A stretch of 64,000 nucleotides of DNA from an uncultured Candidatus Saccharibacteria bacterium (GTDB lineage Bacteria > Patescibacteriota > Saccharimonadia > Saccharimonadales > SZUA-47): assembly GCA_964419675.1 (NCBI GenBank), contig CAYQPN010000003.1, positions 11,985-75,984 on the forward strand, in the 5' to 3' direction. Each line of letters starts with the position of its first letter. Position 1 is the first letter of the stretch. Positions 1-8,293 of this stretch are shown one piece after another. Under the pieces are notes generated by a model. That model did no database searches. It worked only from the letters and a program-made list of their open reading frames with translations, and was not told where the DNA came from. The position numbers were made by a program, and so were the translations under genes.

Positions 1-110
1 CAGATTTTGTGTGTATGGTGCTCAAATCCTTCAAATGACTTGAAATCTAAAACTACATCTGTTATTATTCATTAGTTACCGAAGACAGTGGCCGAACTAT
101 TATTCCTGCA

Positions 111-187
111 AGGGAAAAGAGCAGCCGGCACGACAGATTTATTCTGGCGTCCCGCGCGTTGAGGAAAACCGTAGGTTGTCCTCAAGA
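111..187 (+). promoter_or_regulatory. L10-leader-like structured element, distal copy (copy 1 of a tandem pair)
   Basis: About 77 nt, roughly 88% identical to 370-446, with a 45-nt identical core (119-163 = 378-422). Ends in a 9-10 bp hairpin (161-183). Followed by an ATGCC pseudo-start at 201 and a terminator hairpin at 251-274. The class assignment rests only on position upstream of rplJ and an AGCAGCC string reminiscent of the 23S GTPase-centre site; no covariance model was run. Confidence 0.35.
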
Positions 188-250
188 TTAGTTCTTAATC
201 ATGCCACCGAGGCGATATAGTAAAATATATTGTTTACGAGCACTAAGATG

Positions 251-274
251 CTACTTCGGAAGAAGTAGTTTTTT
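251..274 (+). terminator. Rho-independent terminator/attenuator hairpin downstream of leader copy 1
   Basis: CTACTTC-GGAA-GAAGTAG (7-bp stem, GGAA loop) followed by TTTTTT. Confidence 0.55.
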
Positions 275-369
275 AATTCTCGGTAACAAATCACTAAATA
301 AATAGGTCGATAATTAGTGAAAAACTAAGGACTAATTAAAGAAAGCTTAGCCTACAGCTCTGTAGCCAA

Positions 370-446
370 AGGGAAATGAGCAGCCGGCACGACAGATTTA
401 TTCTGGCGTCCCGCGCGTTGAGAAAAACCTTAGGTTTCTCTCAAAT
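370..446 (+). promoter_or_regulatory. L10-leader-like structured element, proximal copy (copy 2), immediately upstream of rplJ
   Basis: Same 45-nt core as copy 1. The terminal hairpin (423-445) keeps pairing through a G-C to A-U compensatory change relative to copy 1. It ends 22 nt before the rplJ ATG at 465. Confidence 0.4.
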
Positions 447-464
447 AGCGAAGCGGAAAGTATT

Positions 465-986
465 ATGCCTCTTACAAAAGATAAGAAGAACGAAATAGTA
501 GCTGAACTTAGTGATTTACTCAGTAAGTCAAAAATGACCGTCGTAGTTAAATACGAAGGCACAACTGTGAAGGCTATGCAAGAACTTAGACGTCGTGCAG
601 AGGACAACCACTCTAGCATTAAAGTTGTTAAAAATCGTCTTGTAAAAAAGACTTTTGAAGCGACTCCGTCACACAAAGACAGCGATACCAGTGCAATGCA
701 GGGAATGCTGATGTACGTTTTCAATACAGAAGACGAAGTTGCACCAGCACAGCTAGTTCACGAGATGGCTAAAACTGAGACTCAGCTTGAGTTTGTTGGA
801 GCGTATAACGCTGATGGCAAACTGCTAAGTGCAGACGAAGTAAAATCTCTTGCACAATTGCCAAGTAAAGACATAATGATTGCTACAGTAATCAATACAT
901 TAAAATCACCTGTAAATGGTGTAATGAGCGGTCTAAAAGGCAATATTCACGCCCTTCTAGACGCAGTAGCCGCACACGCAAACTAA
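465..986 (+). CDS. rplJ: 50S ribosomal protein uL10
   Basis: 173-aa ORF. N-terminus KKNEIVAELSDLL..MTVVVKYEGTTVKAMQELRRR..IKVVKNRL is typical of uL10. Directly followed by rplL. Confidence 0.95.
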   Translation: MPLTKDKKNEIVAELSDLLSKSKMTVVVKYEGTTVKAMQELRRRAEDNHSSIKVVKNRLVKKTFEATPSHKDSDTSAMQGMLMYVFNTEDEVAPAQLVHEMAKTETQLEFVGAYNADGKLLSADEVKSLAQLPSKDIMIATVINTLKSPVNGVMSGLKGNIHALLDAVAAHAN

Positions 987-1165
987 AGTTTGCAAAATTA
1001 ACAAATTATATATTAACGAAGATAAGTACTTATTTTCAGTGAGGCAGATTCGTTTGAGACGAGTACCGGAAGCAGAAACGTATATTTAATACGTTGACGC
1101 TCTACGGAACGGATTATCTAACGAATATGACCACTGATAAATATGTACGCAACTAAGGAGAATCT

Positions 1166-1543
1166 ATGGCAGACTTAAAAAAATTCGCAGAACAACTAGT
1201 AGGACTAACTGTTTTGGAAGTAAATGAACTACAAACAATACTAAAAGACGAATATAACATCGAACCAGCAGCAGCCACAGCAGTAGTTGCAGGCCCAGCA
1301 GCAGGCGATGGAGCTCCAGCAGCAGAAGAGAAAAGCGAATATGACGTTATTCTTAAAGATGCAGGAGCACAAAAAGTAGCAGTCATTAAAGCTGTTAAAG
1401 ACATCACAGGCTTAGGTCTTGGTGAAGCAAAAGCAATCGTAGACGGCGCACCAAAGCCAGTTTTGGAAAAAGCTAAAAAAGAAGACGCAGATAACGCTAA
1501 AAAAGTGCTAGAAGAAGCCGGCGCAACTGTAGAACTAGCTTAA
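1166..1543 (+). CDS. rplL: 50S ribosomal protein bL12 (L7/L12)
   Basis: 125 aa. Ala/Pro hinge ([23 protein letters not shown]) and C-terminal [30 protein letters not shown] signature. AAGGAG Shine-Dalgarno at 1155-1160. Confidence 0.97.
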   Translation: MADLKKFAEQLVGLTVLEVNELQTILKDEYNIEPAAATAVVAGPAAGDGAPAAEEKSEYDVILKDAGAQKVAVIKAVKDITGLGLGEAKAIVDGAPKPVLEKAKKEDADNAKKVLEEAGATVELA

Positions 1544-1598
1544 GTTCGTATAGCGTAGTACGTATTTCGTATAACGTATAAGCTATTAGGGCTTAGGG

Positions 1599-1629
1599 AC
1601 CGCTCGAAAAAAAATCGAGCGGTTTTTTT
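1599..1629 (+). terminator. Rho-independent terminator after rplL
   Basis: ACCGCTCGA-AAAAAAA-TCGAGCGGT (9-bp stem) followed by a T7 run. Confidence 0.85.
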
Positions 1630-1634
1630 GTTAG

Positions 1635-1643
1635 TTATCCACA
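1635..1643 (+). promoter_or_regulatory. Perfect consensus DnaA box TTATCCACA
   Basis: Exact 9-mer match to the classical DnaA box, in the intergenic region after the rplL terminator. Confidence 0.5.
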
Positions 1644-1738
1644 GAATATGAGTATACTTTTGACATAATTAGTTGAGCATGGTACCGTTGGGGGGATAAT
1701 ATAAATTGCGAGAATAAATACAAAGACAGAGGCGAGAT

Positions 1739-2251
1739 ATGTCGGAGTTACCAGACAAACAGGCGAAAAGGTTAAGAGCACTCATAGAAGAGGCTGAGAC
1801 AAGTTTAGGGGCAGCTAAAGAGCTGTTAATTAGTTTAGTGGGAGAAGATCCTACGATGACCAAGTCAAATACTGAAGATAATATTGGAAAAGTTATAGAA
1901 GGAGTCTTTGACGGTCAGAATATGGCTGGTGGTGATGGTAAGATGTACCCTGTACCAGCAAACTACGCTAGCAAATCTAAATTGGTTCAAGGTGATATTT
2001 TAAAACTTACTATTGCGGATGACGGTTCGTTCTTATACAAGCAAATTGGACCTATAGCTAGAAAACAGGTTGTTGGTGCGCTAACCCAAAAAGAAGGGCA
2101 CTACGTTGTAACAGTAGGTAAAAAAGAATACCGAGTGCTACTTGCAAGCGTCACCTACTTCAAAGCAAAGCCAGGCGACCAAGTTAGTATTAATATCCCA
2201 GATGACGATTCAGTTGACGTTGAATGGGCAGCACTAGAAGCAGCACTGTAG
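1739..2251 (+). CDS. Hypothetical protein (170 aa)
   Basis: Intact ORF in a coding-dense region with no competing ORF. No motif recognised. Confidence 0.55.
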   Translation: MSELPDKQAKRLRALIEEAETSLGAAKELLISLVGEDPTMTKSNTEDNIGKVIEGVFDGQNMAGGDGKMYPVPANYASKSKLVQGDILKLTIADDGSFLYKQIGPIARKQVVGALTQKEGHYVVTVGKKEYRVLLASVTYFKAKPGDQVSINIPDDDSVDVEWAALEAAL

Positions 2252-2273
2252 AATATAGTACTCGTATTTATAT

Positions 2274-2834
2274 ATGACAGGACATCGAGAAACACTAGTA
2301 CTGATGGGTCTTGGTGGGGATAAAGTAGTCTCTAGACAAACAAGGTATATAAACTATTTAAATACAAAAAGATCAAAAGAGTCACAGATATTAATATTTT
2401 CAACGCTTTGGCAAACCGATGAAAAATACCCCGAAAAAAGAGCCCGTTTGAGCGCGTTTATAAAGAAACATCCGAATATAAAGATTGTCTATGGAATTAG
2501 CGCCGGAGCTTCACTTGCCATGAGCCTAGTCCCCGAAATGAACGAGGACACAGAATTCCATTTCATTAGTGGAAAACTAAGACGCCCAGAAACTATCGGA
2601 GAAGAACGAAGAATGCGTGCACCCGCACTATACGATTCAGTAGTGGCAAGTGAATCTGTAATTTCACTAACATCGTTTGATAATCTAATCGTGACGTGTC
2701 ATATTGGCTTTCTAGACGGTGTGCTTTCGCAACGTGACATGCGTGTACCAGGAATCCCCGTAAAGCGCATTCCGATGATTAACCACTCTGCAACTATAGC
2801 TCTTGCATATACAACGATTCTGAGCAAGATGTAA
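2274..2834 (+). CDS. Hypothetical protein, possible alpha/beta-hydrolase-like serine hydrolase
   Basis: 186-aa ORF with a GxSxG-type motif (YGISAGASLAMS) and N-terminal LVLMGLGG. Weak assignment. Confidence 0.4.
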   Translation: MTGHRETLVLMGLGGDKVVSRQTRYINYLNTKRSKESQILIFSTLWQTDEKYPEKRARLSAFIKKHPNIKIVYGISAGASLAMSLVPEMNEDTEFHFISGKLRRPETIGEERRMRAPALYDSVVASESVISLTSFDNLIVTCHIGFLDGVLSQRDMRVPGIPVKRIPMINHSATIALAYTTILSKM

Positions 2835-2884
2835 CAATAACTAGAAAAACTAATTATTGTTGTTGCCATTATGACTACGTTTAC

Positions 2885-2893
2885 TGTGGATAA
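2885..2893 (-). promoter_or_regulatory. Perfect consensus DnaA box (TGTGGATAA on + strand)
   Basis: Exact reverse complement of TTATCCACA, inside the 309-bp ORF-free spacer 2835-3143. Confidence 0.5.
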
Positions 2894-2923
2894 CAATTTT
2901 AGTTTCTTCTTCAGAAATAAAGT

Positions 2924-2932
2924 TTATGCACA
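2924..2932 (+). promoter_or_regulatory. DnaA box variant TTATGCACA (TTATNCACA)
   Basis: Matches the relaxed consensus. It starts 31 bp after the end of the inverted perfect box and precedes an AT-rich stretch (2941-2968). Confidence 0.4.
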
Positions 2933-3062
2933 ATAAGCATTATTGTATATAGAGTATTTAAATATTACACTTGCACCACATGTAGTGGTTAGAGTAAAGT
3001 TATGAGTACGAACATCGTGAGGTGTTAACAGCGAAACACTAGCAATAGTGGCTAGCGACAAA

Positions 3063-3088
3063 AAAGAACCCGTCAAAAGGTTCTTTTT
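3063..3088 (+). terminator. Rho-independent terminator with no upstream ORF (orphan)
   Basis: AAGAACC-N8-GGTTCTT followed by a T-run. The preceding ~230 nt has no ORF of 60 aa or more on either strand. Confidence 0.5.
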
Positions 3089-3143
3089 TGCTATTTATAC
3101 TAAACACTAGAAACAAACGCCTAAAATCTATATTCTGTATACA

Positions 3144-3716
3144 ATGGCAAAGTTATATTTTAGGTACGGGGCTATGAATAGCGGTAAAAGTACCGCAGTG
3201 CTTCAAGTAGCACACAATTATGAAGAAAGAGGTATGAAAGTGCTTCTTCTGAAACCGGCAATTGATACAAAAGGAGAAGATCAAATAACTTCTAGGCTGG
3301 GTAAATCTCGTAGGGCTGACCACATGCTGAAACCTGACGAAACCGTTAAAAGTATTTTGAATAAAAACGTCAAGATAGATTGCATTATTACTGACGAGGC
3401 TCAATTTTTTACGCCTACTCAAATTGAAGAATTCTTTGACATAGCTGTAGCACAAAACATCCCCGTCATTTGCTACGGAATTCGAACTGACTTTCAACGC
3501 AACCTTTTTCCTGGGAGTAAGAGGCTGTTCGAGCTTGCGCACTCGCTGGAAGAGTTGAAAACAATCTGTAGATGTGGCAAAAAAGCCATATTTAACGGTA
3601 GAAAAATAAATGACAAATTTGTGTTTGAAGGCTCTCAGGTAGCAATAGATGGGGCTGACAAAGTCACCTATGAAAGTCTGTGTGGCAATTGTTATATCAA
3701 GGAAAAGAAAAGTTAA
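3144..3716 (+). CDS. tdk: Thymidine kinase
   Basis: 190 aa. P-loop GAMNSGKST, DEAQFF, and the C-terminal Zn-ribbon cysteines (CRCGKK..CGNCY) of type II TK. Confidence 0.95.
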   Translation: MAKLYFRYGAMNSGKSTAVLQVAHNYEERGMKVLLLKPAIDTKGEDQITSRLGKSRRADHMLKPDETVKSILNKNVKIDCIITDEAQFFTPTQIEEFFDIAVAQNIPVICYGIRTDFQRNLFPGSKRLFELAHSLEELKTICRCGKKAIFNGRKINDKFVFEGSQVAIDGADKVTYESLCGNCYIKEKKS

Positions 3717-3789
3717 CCACAGTTATAATTAAACTGTTGTTATTTTCATACAAGATACTAGCTACCAGATACGATATACTAACTAGCAC

Positions 3790-5280
3790 ATGGGTAAGGC
3801 GCTTTACCGGAAATACCGGTCTAAATCACTAGACGAAGTTGTTGGTCAAGAACACATAACCAGCACCCTTAAAAATGCTCTTAAAAAAGGGGCTATTAGC
3901 CATGCGTATTTGTTTACAGGTCCAAGGGGCGTGGGAAAAACCAGTGTAGCAAGAATTTTGGCTTACGAAATTAACGGTCTGCCATACGATGAAGAGGCGA
4001 CACATCTAGATATTATTGAAATAGACGCAGCTAGCAACCGTAGAATAGATGAAATTCGCGATTTGCGTGAAAAAGTACATATTGCTCCAACTAGCGCTAA
4101 ATATAAGGTATATATTATTGACGAAGTCCACATGCTAACCCGAGAAGCCTTTAATGCATTATTAAAGACGCTTGAGGAGCCACCAGAGCACGTTGTATTC
4201 ATTTTAGCCACTACAGAGGCCCATAAGGTCCCTGAAACGATTATAAGTCGCACACAGCGCTTTAGCTTTAGACCCATTGGACAAGAACAAGCAATAGCAC
4301 ATTTAAAACAGATAGCTAAAAAAGAAAAGTTACCTATCGACGATGGAGCATTGACACTACTAGCTCAGCACGGCAAGGGAAGTTTCCGCGACAGCATAAG
4401 CATGCTTGATCAAATTGCCGGGTTTGGTGCTGATCAAATTACTGCTACTGACGTTGAGAGCTTACTAGGTGTTCCAAACCAAGATTTACTAATGTCTCTT
4501 TTAAGCTCCATAGCCAGTGGTAACGTTGACAAGCTATTTGAAACAACTACTCTACTGCGCGAACAAGGTGCCAATCCTGCAACAACTGCACAAGAATTAA
4601 TTTCTATTTTACGCAAACAGGTAATAGAACAGAGTGGCATTATTACTCCGTATGATGCTGTTGATTTAATGAAATCTTTACTAAGTTTAACCGGTAGCAA
4701 CAGTAGTTTTGTGGCAATAGAAGTTGGCTTACTAGACGCAATAAAATTCTCTCCGCAGAACAGCATAGAACTTAAAGAATTACGACCATTAGAACCTAAA
4801 AATTTAAAATCAGAGAATAATAAAATTGTAGAGGAAGAAAATATTCAACCTACTGCTGTAGAACGAAGCGAAGTTGAAGCACCTGAACTTATTGAAACAC
4901 AAGATGATGAGGTCGTTGAACCAGAAAAAGAATTGGTAAATATCTCAAACGGTAATTGGGAAGATGTATTAAATAGCCTGAAAGTCCAACACAACACACT
5001 ATACGGAGTGCTGAGAATGGCAAAAATTATAGAGAAAAAAGATAGCGTAATTTTAGAATTTAGATTTGCATTCCATAAAAAACAGCTAGATCACCCCAAA
5101 AATATGACTATTTTAAGACAATTTGTAACTGATCATCTCGGCAAAGCGTACAAGATTGAGTCTGTAGTCGCAGAAAGCAAAGACGACGAAAAGTCACAAA
5201 AAATAACAAAATCAGACCCAGAAACTTTAATTTCAAGCGTTAGCAATATCTTTGGTGGGGCAGAGTTGCTAGAATCTTAA
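3790..5280 (+). CDS. dnaX: DNA polymerase III subunit gamma/tau
   Basis: 496 aa. GQEHI..AYLFTGPRGVGKTS Walker A, IIDEVHML Walker B, SRTQRF sensor. Confidence 0.93.
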   Translation: MGKALYRKYRSKSLDEVVGQEHITSTLKNALKKGAISHAYLFTGPRGVGKTSVARILAYEINGLPYDEEATHLDIIEIDAASNRRIDEIRDLREKVHIAPTSAKYKVYIIDEVHMLTREAFNALLKTLEEPPEHVVFILATTEAHKVPETIISRTQRFSFRPIGQEQAIAHLKQIAKKEKLPIDDGALTLLAQHGKGSFRDSISMLDQIAGFGADQITATDVESLLGVPNQDLLMSLLSSIASGNVDKLFETTTLLREQGANPATTAQELISILRKQVIEQSGIITPYDAVDLMKSLLSLTGSNSSFVAIEVGLLDAIKFSPQNSIELKELRPLEPKNLKSENNKIVEEENIQPTAVERSEVEAPELIETQDDEVVEPEKELVNISNGNWEDVLNSLKVQHNTLYGVLRMAKIIEKKDSVILEFRFAFHKKQLDHPKNMTILRQFVTDHLGKAYKIESVVAESKDDEKSQKITKSDPETLISSVSNIFGGAELLES

Positions 5281-5294
5281 GTAATAGGGGAACT

Positions 5295-6656
5295 ATGGAC
5301 GATAAAAAATCCAACACACCACCGCAAAGTGTAGACATTGAAGCAAGTTTGCTTGGGTCTATAATTATTGACGCCGACGCTATTGTAAAAGTAGCAGACA
5401 TGATTAGGCCGAATGATTTTTATGATGCTAGGCACCGTGTTATTTATGAAGCCGCTCTTCGTTTGTATGAGCAACAGTCACCAATTGACGTACTGACACT
5501 AAGCGAAGAACTCCGCGTAGACGGAACATTGAAAGACATTGGTGGTAGCATTTATCTTACCGAACTTACTAACACCGTTCCAACAGCTACTCATGCCGAA
5601 CAATATGCAGCAATTATAACCACGAAATCTATTAGGCGTCGTTTAATTGCTGTTAGTCAAGAGATTGCTGAGATTGGTCATGACGAAAAACGCTCAATTT
5701 CCGAATTAGTTGAACAAGCAGAAACTAAACTATTTGAAGTTAGCCAAAGACACGTTGCAAACGATGTAGTTAGTTTAGAAACTATACTTTCTGAGAGTTT
5801 TGATAGATTAGATGCGCTTCACAAAGATAAGGGAGCAATTAGAGGTGTCTCTACCGGATATAAGGATCTTGATGCCACACTTGCTGGCTTTCAAAAAAGC
5901 GACCTAATAATCCTTGCTGCTCGACCTTCAATGGGCAAAACTGCAATGGCACTTAACTTGGCTCAAAATATCGCGCTAAAGGCTAAGATGCCAGCGCTAC
6001 TTTTCAGCTTAGAAATGAGTAAAGAACAGTTAGTAGATAGAATGCTTGCATCTGAGGCAGATGTAAATTCATGGAACTTACGAACAGGAAATTTATCAGA
6101 CAGCGATTTTGAAAAAATAGGTCATGCAATGGGCTCATTGAGTGAAGCTCAGCTATTCATTGATGATACGCCAGGAATTACAGTTAGTGAACTTCGTACA
6201 AAAGCAAGGCGAGAAGCCCACAAAAGAAACCTAGGACTAATTGTAGTCGACTACTTACAACTTATGAGCGGAGGCAGTAAATATGGCGGGGAAGCCAACC
6301 GCGTACAAGAGATTTCTGAAATTTCTAGAGGCTTAAAAGGAGTCGCCAGAGAGCTAAACGTGCCAATACTTGCCTTGAGCCAGTTAAGCCGTTCTGTTGA
6401 ATCGCGTAATCCACAGATTCCTCAACTTGCAGACTTGAGAGAGTCCGGCTCGATTGAGCAAGACGCCGATGTTGTAATGTTTTTATATCGAGAAGATTAC
6501 TACAACCCAGATAACTCAGAAAAACCAAATATTCTTGAAGTGTTTATCAAAAAACATCGAAACGGACCAACCGGAAAAGTTGAATTATACTTTGATAGAG
6601 AACGTCAAAAAATACTTAACCTTGATACAAAACACGCACCACCTTTTGATAACTAG
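5295..6656 (+). CDS. dnaB: Replicative DNA helicase
   Basis: 453 aa. PPQSVDIEASLLGS N-terminus, ARPSMGKTA Walker A, VVDYLQLM, SQLSR, ESGSIEQDAD motifs. Confidence 0.95.
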   Translation: MDDKKSNTPPQSVDIEASLLGSIIIDADAIVKVADMIRPNDFYDARHRVIYEAALRLYEQQSPIDVLTLSEELRVDGTLKDIGGSIYLTELTNTVPTATHAEQYAAIITTKSIRRRLIAVSQEIAEIGHDEKRSISELVEQAETKLFEVSQRHVANDVVSLETILSESFDRLDALHKDKGAIRGVSTGYKDLDATLAGFQKSDLIILAARPSMGKTAMALNLAQNIALKAKMPALLFSLEMSKEQLVDRMLASEADVNSWNLRTGNLSDSDFEKIGHAMGSLSEAQLFIDDTPGITVSELRTKARREAHKRNLGLIVVDYLQLMSGGSKYGGEANRVQEISEISRGLKGVARELNVPILALSQLSRSVESRNPQIPQLADLRESGSIEQDADVVMFLYREDYYNPDNSEKPNILEVFIKKHRNGPTGKVELYFDRERQKILNLDTKHAPPFDN

Positions 6657-6708
6657 CTGCTTAGAATTTTTGCGATAGCTGGAATCGGCAAACTGGAAAC
6701 TGTATACT

Positions 6709-7920
6709 ATGTTTAACGTGAAAGAAAAATTTCTTATATTCGCGAAATCAGCGCGAAAATTTATGATGCGCAGACAGACTGCCTACGGTTTGCTGCTAAT
6801 ATTGTTTCTTGTCTTCGTAGCCAGTCAATTGAGCTTGATACCTATAAACTCATCCAGAGTTGAGCTAGACTCAATCAATAGCGGCCTAAGCATCCCAAAA
6901 ATATCTGAAAATCCAACATCTCTACCGTATAAGGCTATTGTTTTTACCGTAGGGAGTTTCTTTAACAGCGTCAGATTCTTTAGAATAATAAGCATTATAT
7001 TCTTCGGTATTTGTGTTGTTGCCCTATATAGAGTTCTTAAGCGGTGGCACAGTGACAAAATTGCATTGTACGCAAGCAGTCTCTTTGCAACTAACGCCGT
7101 GGCGTTATCCGTTGCTCGGCTAGCCTCGCCGCTTGTACTGCTGTTTGGGTGGTCAATAATTATTTCACTCCTTCTCTGGGTTCAACATGGTCACTCAAAA
7201 AAACTCGCCCCGTTTTCTTTAGCAATATTCTCGGCAGCACTATTCTACATCCCAGGTGCTCCATACTTTTTCCTGCTTCTTATACTGTTGTTCTTCAATA
7301 AGCTTTCAAGATTATTAAAATTTACAAAGACATCAATGATAATACTTGGAGTTTTTGTAGGACTATTAATTATTAGCCCACTAGTACTTGGATTCATTCA
7401 AGATGTCGACACATTAAAGAACTGGCTACTAATTCCCAACTCGATTGATTGGGGTAATGTCCCAAGAGCAATCCTTAGAGTTCCATCAGCCTTAATATAT
7501 AGAATGCCAGTAGAACCACTTATAAACGTTGGCCGTCTACCGATATTTGACGTTGCCTCAGGGGGACTTTTCTTAATTGGTTTGTACGCGTATAAGCAAC
7601 ACATTAAACTTGAGAGAATTAAGATTATGACTGCGACTGCCATTTTTAGCATAATTCTTGGGGCTCTAGGCCAGTTAGTTATAGCTATTGTTATACTACT
7701 ACCATTTATTTATGTGGTTATTGCCGCCGGCTTAAGTTATTTACTGGGTGAATGGTACAAAGTTTTTCCACGGAATCCTTTTGCAAGAAGTTTTGGATTA
7801 ATATTAGTCACATTAATCGTCATTTTTAGCATGTATTATCAGCTTACAAGATTTCTAGTTGTCTGGCCTCAGGCACCAGAAACCCGAGCAACCTATGATC
7901 AATCACGAATTATTAATTAG
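6709..7920 (+). CDS. Polytopic membrane protein, possibly GT-C (ArnT/PMT-like) glycosyltransferase
   Basis: 403 aa with about 10 hydrophobic segments. Function is inferred from architecture only. A TATACT hexamer abuts the ATG, so the true start may lie further downstream. Confidence 0.45.
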   Translation: MFNVKEKFLIFAKSARKFMMRRQTAYGLLLILFLVFVASQLSLIPINSSRVELDSINSGLSIPKISENPTSLPYKAIVFTVGSFFNSVRFFRIISIIFFGICVVALYRVLKRWHSDKIALYASSLFATNAVALSVARLASPLVLLFGWSIIISLLLWVQHGHSKKLAPFSLAIFSAALFYIPGAPYFFLLLILLFFNKLSRLLKFTKTSMIILGVFVGLLIISPLVLGFIQDVDTLKNWLLIPNSIDWGNVPRAILRVPSALIYRMPVEPLINVGRLPIFDVASGGLFLIGLYAYKQHIKLERIKIMTATAIFSIILGALGQLVIAIVILLPFIYVVIAAGLSYLLGEWYKVFPRNPFARSFGLILVTLIVIFSMYYQLTRFLVVWPQAPETRATYDQSRIIN

Positions 7921-7967
7921 CTCTATAGGTTTGCTACAATATAATTTGACTTAAGAGGAGACAAAGA

Positions 7968-8261
7968 ATGAGTCGTTTTGACCAGGCAAAAATGCTAATG
8001 AAAGTACGTAAAGTACAAAAAGAACTTCAGAAAGAAATTGTTCGTGCAGAAGCTGGCGATGGAGCTGTTGCTGTAGAAATTAACGGGGAAATGAAAATTA
8101 AAAAAGTAACCATAGACCCAGAATCTGTTAATTTGGACGACATCGGACAATTAGAGCTATGGGTAGAAGAGGCTGTTCGAGAAGCTGTTTCTCAAAGCCA
8201 AAAATTAGCAGCAGAGAAAATGCAACCAATGATGGGCGCGCTGGGCAATTTGGGACTATAG
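7968..8261 (+). CDS. ybaB: Nucleoid-associated protein YbaB/EbfC
   Basis: 97 aa. MLMKVRKVQKELQKE..AGDGAVAVEINGEMKIKKVTIDPE pattern, adjacent to recR. Confidence 0.9.
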   Translation: MSRFDQAKMLMKVRKVQKELQKEIVRAEAGDGAVAVEINGEMKIKKVTIDPESVNLDDIGQLELWVEEAVREAVSQSQKLAAEKMQPMMGALGNLGL

Positions 8262-8293
8262 AAGACAATTAATCGATAAATGGCAAATGAAAT

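Noticed and set aside
398-724. 108-aa ORF antisense to rplJ, and many similar track ORFs antisense to confident genes (for example 1153-1407, 3153-3542, 3963-4277, 11804-12205, 21987-22304, 41339-41686, 42609-42905).
   Set aside because: They lie entirely within, and opposite to, genes with strong family signatures. Their sequences are low-complexity (Ser/Leu/Ile-rich) and typical of shadow ORFs, with no start context.
1060-1075. CCGGAAGCAG string in the rplJ-rplL spacer resembling the SRP RNA domain IV apex (CCGGAAGGAAGCAGCC).
   Set aside because: The flanking bases do not form the GNAR tetraloop-closing helix or the symmetric and asymmetric loops of SRP RNA. The resemblance is limited to about 10 nt.
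2835-3143. Interpreting the ORF-free spacer with DnaA boxes as the chromosomal origin (oriC).
   Set aside because: Only two boxes lie in the spacer and no dnaA/dnaN is nearby. Genes on both sides, including highly expressed rplJL to the left, are on the + strand, so there is no strand switch at this point. It is kept only as a lower-confidence regulatory observation.
4318-4324. AAAAAAG run in dnaX as a possible programmed -1 frameshift site (tau/gamma).
   Set aside because: The run is in register GCT AAA AAA GAA, not X XXY YYZ. It lies at codon ~177, well before the region where gamma normally ends, and no downstream stimulatory hairpin was noted.
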